From the NCBI RefSeq assembly GCF_009914755.1, contig NC_060948.1: a DNA stretch of 64,000 bases; one strand, given 5' to 3'. Source of the DNA: the human T2T-CHM13v2.0 reference genome, Homo sapiens. Below are positions 58,584 to 64,000 of the stretch, in pieces (position 1 is the stretch's first letter; each line of letters starts with the position of its first letter). The notes under the pieces are model-generated. The model saw only the letters and a list, made by a program, of their open reading frames with translations. It did no database searches and was not told the origin of the DNA. The translations under genes were made by a program, and so were the position numbers.

Positions 58584-59829
58584 CTCAAATTGTTCTTTCA
58601 TTTGTTAGCTGTACTTTATAGGCACACACATGCATATCTTCATATGCACACGTACATGCTTGATACCCAAGCACATATACATGTACATTATAAATACTAT
58701 GTTTCTATTTTACCTATATACATATACAGCTTCATACAAATACTAATATAGTTAGCAATATATTTAGTTTTAGTATAAGTTATATCTTTTTACAGTGTTA
58801 ATATAAATTGTATCTTTTGAAAATCACACGTTGTTGCTGTTATAGAATACTCTCTATTTTTAAGATTCAACTATTCCAAGTGTATAAAATCTGTGTTGAT
58901 AAGCTGCAAGTGTATGTCTCCAACAGTAAAATGCCTGTAAAATCCAACCATAAAATTTTTACAGTAAAAAACAGTAAAAATTTGCAGAAGGTGAGAATAA
59001 TATCTTAAAAATATATTTTTCCCTGACGTGGGCGGTGAATGTAGGATAGAATCTTTTGTCACAGCGTTGCCAGGAAATTGACAGTTGGACAGTGGTCACT
59101 CAGTGAAAAGTAAAGTGACTGGAGATAGAAGCTCAGCCTTCCTTTGGTTTTGTAAAGTACAACAAGTTGTATTAAAAAGCATGAAGACTAAACTTGGAAA
59201 CCAGTCAGGGGTGTTTTGCTTCCCTCATAGTGCTCACATTCCAAGTTCATCTTCAGCTAGGCTACACACGATTAAATATAAGAGCACCAAGAAACTAAGA
59301 CAATTTTGTATTCCCATGTAACTGAGTAATTTGGATTAGCAGCTCTTAAAATTATTTTGTTCTGAGGATTACTTTTATTAATGTTCTCAAGGCAAGTTTA
59401 TTATGTTATTCCTTGTCTTTGGTACAAAACTGATAAAAAGTAAGCTTGACTTAAGTGGAGAAGAACAATAGTGATCCCTTGGTTAGGGAAGAAAATAAAA
59501 AAATCAAGCACTTCAATTATTTCATGGATATTAGTTATTTTAGGACGTATAGATGTTGAAAACTACTTATTTAGGCTTACATTTTATGTTTAGAAATGCA
59601 AGAACAGATTGTTTCATTTCATTCTGTTTGTATTGCATTTGATTGAGAATTGATGTGTTTTGCCGAAGAAGGTTTTTGTTTATTTCGTTACTTGCCTACT
59701 TAAAATTTTCAACTTTCCTAAATAATCCATAGGATTATTCCATAGGATTATTCTCCTTAGGTGCCTAATCTTTATCCAAAAGATATATATATATATATAT
59801 TATATATATACACATTTACAACTGTAAAT

Positions 59830-60297
59830 AAAGACACATGCACACATATGTTTATCAGGGCAGTGTTCATAAAAGCAAAGACTTGGAACCAACCTAAGTG
59901 CCCGTCAATGATACACTGGAAAAAGAAAATGTGGCAGAAATACACCATGGAAAACTATGCAGCCACAAAAAAGATGATTTCATGTCCTTTGCAGGGACAT
60001 GGATGAAGCTGGAAACCATCATTCTCAGAAAACTAACACAAGGACAGAAAACCAAGCACTGTATGTTCTCACTAATAGGTGTTGAACAATGAGAACACAT
60101 GGACATGGAGAGGAGAACACCACACACTGGGGACTGTGGGGGCGGGAGTAGGGGAGGGATAACTTAGGAGAAATACCTAATGTAGATGATGGGTTGATGC
60201 ATGCAGCAAACCACCACGGCACATGTATACCTAGGTAACAAACCTGCAACTTCTGTTCACGTATCCCAGAACTTAAAGTATAATAATTATTTTTTTA
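59830..60297 (+). mobile_element. 5'-truncated L1PA7/8-like 3' end
   Basis: ORF2 C-terminus (AKTWNQPKCPS) and 3'UTR gcagcaaaccaccacggcac...atcccagaacttaaagtataata. Confidence 0.93.
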
Positions 60298-61535
60298 ATT
60301 TACAGTTGTATACCCAATATTAATCCACTGATGTTGATCTTTGTTTCTGCAGTTGATTTTGAAGCATGTGAACAGCCTTAGTATTTTTGATCATTTCTTC
60401 TGGAACTTTCTCTCATTAAGAAAATTAGACTGTTTTCTTCTTTCTGTTCGTTTACAATGGCCTAAAAAAGTATAACCAGAAAATAGTTTCTAATATAGAT
60501 ATAATTGTAACTTAATAATTTAAATTAGAACACTATTTTACATTCAGAGTATAGGATTTCTGTTGTAAACAAAAAATATATTTTGCAGAGTTAATTTCTT
60601 AGTAGTTATTATAAAAGACTTAACAATGTAACTTAACAATTTAATGTTTTTAAATTTTAAACATATATACTCCTATTTTAACTGACTTTGTTACCACTGT
60701 AGTCTCTGAGAAGCATTCTCTTCGAGAGACCAATAAGAGAGCCTTAGATTTTTCAAATGAAAAAAAAATAAATAAAACACCAACAATGAAAAAACAAAAA
60801 CAAAAGACATAAAACTATCAATTCCAAAGCAAGAAAAGAGAAGAGGAAATATTACCATTGTTGAATAATGCCCATTATGTTCCATGCTGCATCTCCTCAT
60901 ATAAACCTTAGCTGGAAATTTCTTATCTAAATTTCTAGCTATGTTATTGAGAAACAGGCAGAAATGCACCATGTTGTAGTAATTTATTACTGTTTCTTCT
61001 ACGTGTTTGTGAGTTCAACCTTTTGAAATGATGCATGGCCTTTCTACAAAGAGACTGTTCTTACTGATGTTGATTTAATTACATGGACAAACTTTAACTG
61101 CTGAAAGATAGTACTCCAGCCATTTGATGCAAACATAGATGCCTCTCTTATTGTTTATTATAAAATATCCCATTAAACTTCAAAGCTGACAGAATTAATT
61201 TTACCTCTTACTGTTTTCTTGATGTAATGCTAGAACTTTAAGCACTTCTTCACCTTCCTCCTCCTCCTCTTATTCCTCCTCTCCCTTCCCCTTCCTCCTT
61301 TATTTTCTTCCGCCTTTATGTTCTTCCTCCTCTTTCTCTGTAAAAAAGTACACTATCAACAGTAAGAAATTTATTTCTTTTTTTTTCTTTAGACGAATAC
61401 TTTGCTTATTCCCTTGGAACAAATTAAGATAATTTCCCATACTTTAAATATTTTTTATCAAAGGGAAAATAAATGTATAAGAGGATGATAGAAAATACCT
61501 ATCCAGAAAGTTAGAAAAAAAATAAGATATGTGTT

Positions 61536-61878
<343 letters not shown>

Positions 61879-62360
61879 TTATATTAATTGATTATTATAT
61901 GACTATTCATCATTACTGTTTAAAAACTTGAAGATTATAAATTCAATGAGCCAGGATGACTCTTATGATGATTGTAGTTATTTTAAATGCCTCTGTATTT
62001 AGAGTTTGAACAGCATAAATCCAGGTTTTAAATACAAGCTTCCCAGCCATCAGTCACAGGTAATGATTTCAAAGGCCACAGAGTTTAAGCGACTACTGGA
62101 GTTCAGGTACTAAAAAATACCTTCACCCTGACATTTATCATTCTAAGGTTCTACAATTCACTCTTTAGAACATATAACTTCAACGAAATAACCATGGTTT
62201 CCAATGCAGAAGAAGAGGATAAGAAAATAGGGAATCTCATCTAACTTCTACTTAGTCTCTTTTGACTTCAGAAGTGTGTTTCATTCAATATCCACAGTGT
62301 AGTTGACCCTTGAGCAACTTGAAGATTATACTGATCCCCTCATTATAAAAATACAGCTGG

Positions 62361-62572
<212 letters not shown>

Positions 62573-62609
62573 GTAAGCTAGAGAAAAGAAATGCAATTAA
62601 GAAAATCCT

Positions 62610-63018
<409 letters not shown>

Positions 63019-64000
63019 TTAAGGAGGCAGACGAGATAGAGGAGGAGGAGGGGTTGGCCTTGTTGTCTCAGGGATGGCAGAGGTGGAAGAAAATCCTTAT
63101 TTAAGTGAACCTAAACCTTTCAAACTTGTGTTATTCAAGGGTGAACTATATATAAGATGATTAGATAAGAGGATGATTATTTCTTTCTGGAAGTTTTCCT
63201 TGCAGATCTGCTCAGCAAAATCTCTACATTTCTTAAAAACTTTGGTTATTTTAGGAATAATTCTCTGTGTGTGTGTGTCGGGGGGGTGGTGGTGTTTGAA
63301 AGAGAGAGAGAGAAAAAAAGGTAGACCAAGATCTGTTGAGCTTATTGCCAAAATATGTATGTGTAATATATATATATAGCAAAGTTGAACAGCGTGGTCA
63401 ACAGGACCTGGCAGTTCTTATGTCTTCCCTTCAGAGACATCATATGAGTTTGAAGAGTTCTGTTTTTATACACGGCGTACATAAAGGGAAGACAAGAAGT
63501 GAGAGATCCTTCGCCAAGGTATATTTTCCTCATATGCATAAATTGGTTACTTGCCTGCCTGTCAATGCTGCAGAGAAATTTTTTAATGATATTTCTAAAA
63601 ACAGGGAGTAGTTGCTGAGGAGACAGGGTCATGATTGAAATGGAAAAACACCGAGTAATTCATATGCAGACTTTTTTCCAGATGGAAACTACAGTTTAGA
63701 CGTAATTTGCTCATTCCTGGGTGTTTAGGCTATTGGATATCCTTACAAAGTATAATGAGATAAACGTAAACAAGAGTAAAATGTTCATCTCCATTAGGGT
63801 ATTGACATCAATACATAAAGGACATATGACAGAGAAATGAGACTCAGAAGGTGGAGTTGAAGGTAGAGAGAGAAAGAAGGATAACTTCTACAAAGCCTTA
63901 TTGGATCCAAGATTCAGGATGAGACTCCACTGTTTGTGTTATTCCTCATGTGTTAAGAAGTTTCAAAAAAACAAAACAACCAGACACAATAGCATGTATA

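Noticed and set aside
63336-63632. Overlapping 91- and 96-aa ORFs as an exon
   Set aside because: No recognisable protein similarity or convincing splice-site pair; kept only as a non-coding candidate.

Overview
This window is AT-rich, CpG-depleted primate genomic DNA, most likely from a great ape or human. It is not prokaryotic, and I find no credible cellular protein-coding exon, RNA gene or CRISPR array. Most of it is a layered pile of transposable elements. (1) A full-length, dead L1PA3-type LINE-1 on the minus strand (33237-39290) has a 17-bp TSD, the 129-bp 5'UTR deletion that removes the ZNF93 site, and an open, extended antisense ORF0. (2) An older L1 (17430-19456) shows a 5' inversion typical of twin priming. 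(3) A complete non-autonomous ERV1 provirus (46143-52286) has MER83-like LTRs, a tRNA-Phe-like PBS, gag/pol/env remnants and a 5-bp TSD; a second, internally deleted copy starts the window, and a solo LTR sits at 31393-31886. (4) There are many solo ERV1 and MaLR LTRs, about 25 Alus, Tigger-family MITEs and microsatellites. Nearly all long ORFs in the track are repeat-derived. I see no strong evidence for a wholly new biological system. The best leads are the read-through ORF0 and several fine-scale repair or retrotransposition scars: a local templated copy of MER41, Alu-associated deletions, fold-back junctions and a three-monomer Alu. Repeat family names come from recalled consensus sequences and need RepeatMasker/Dfam confirmation.
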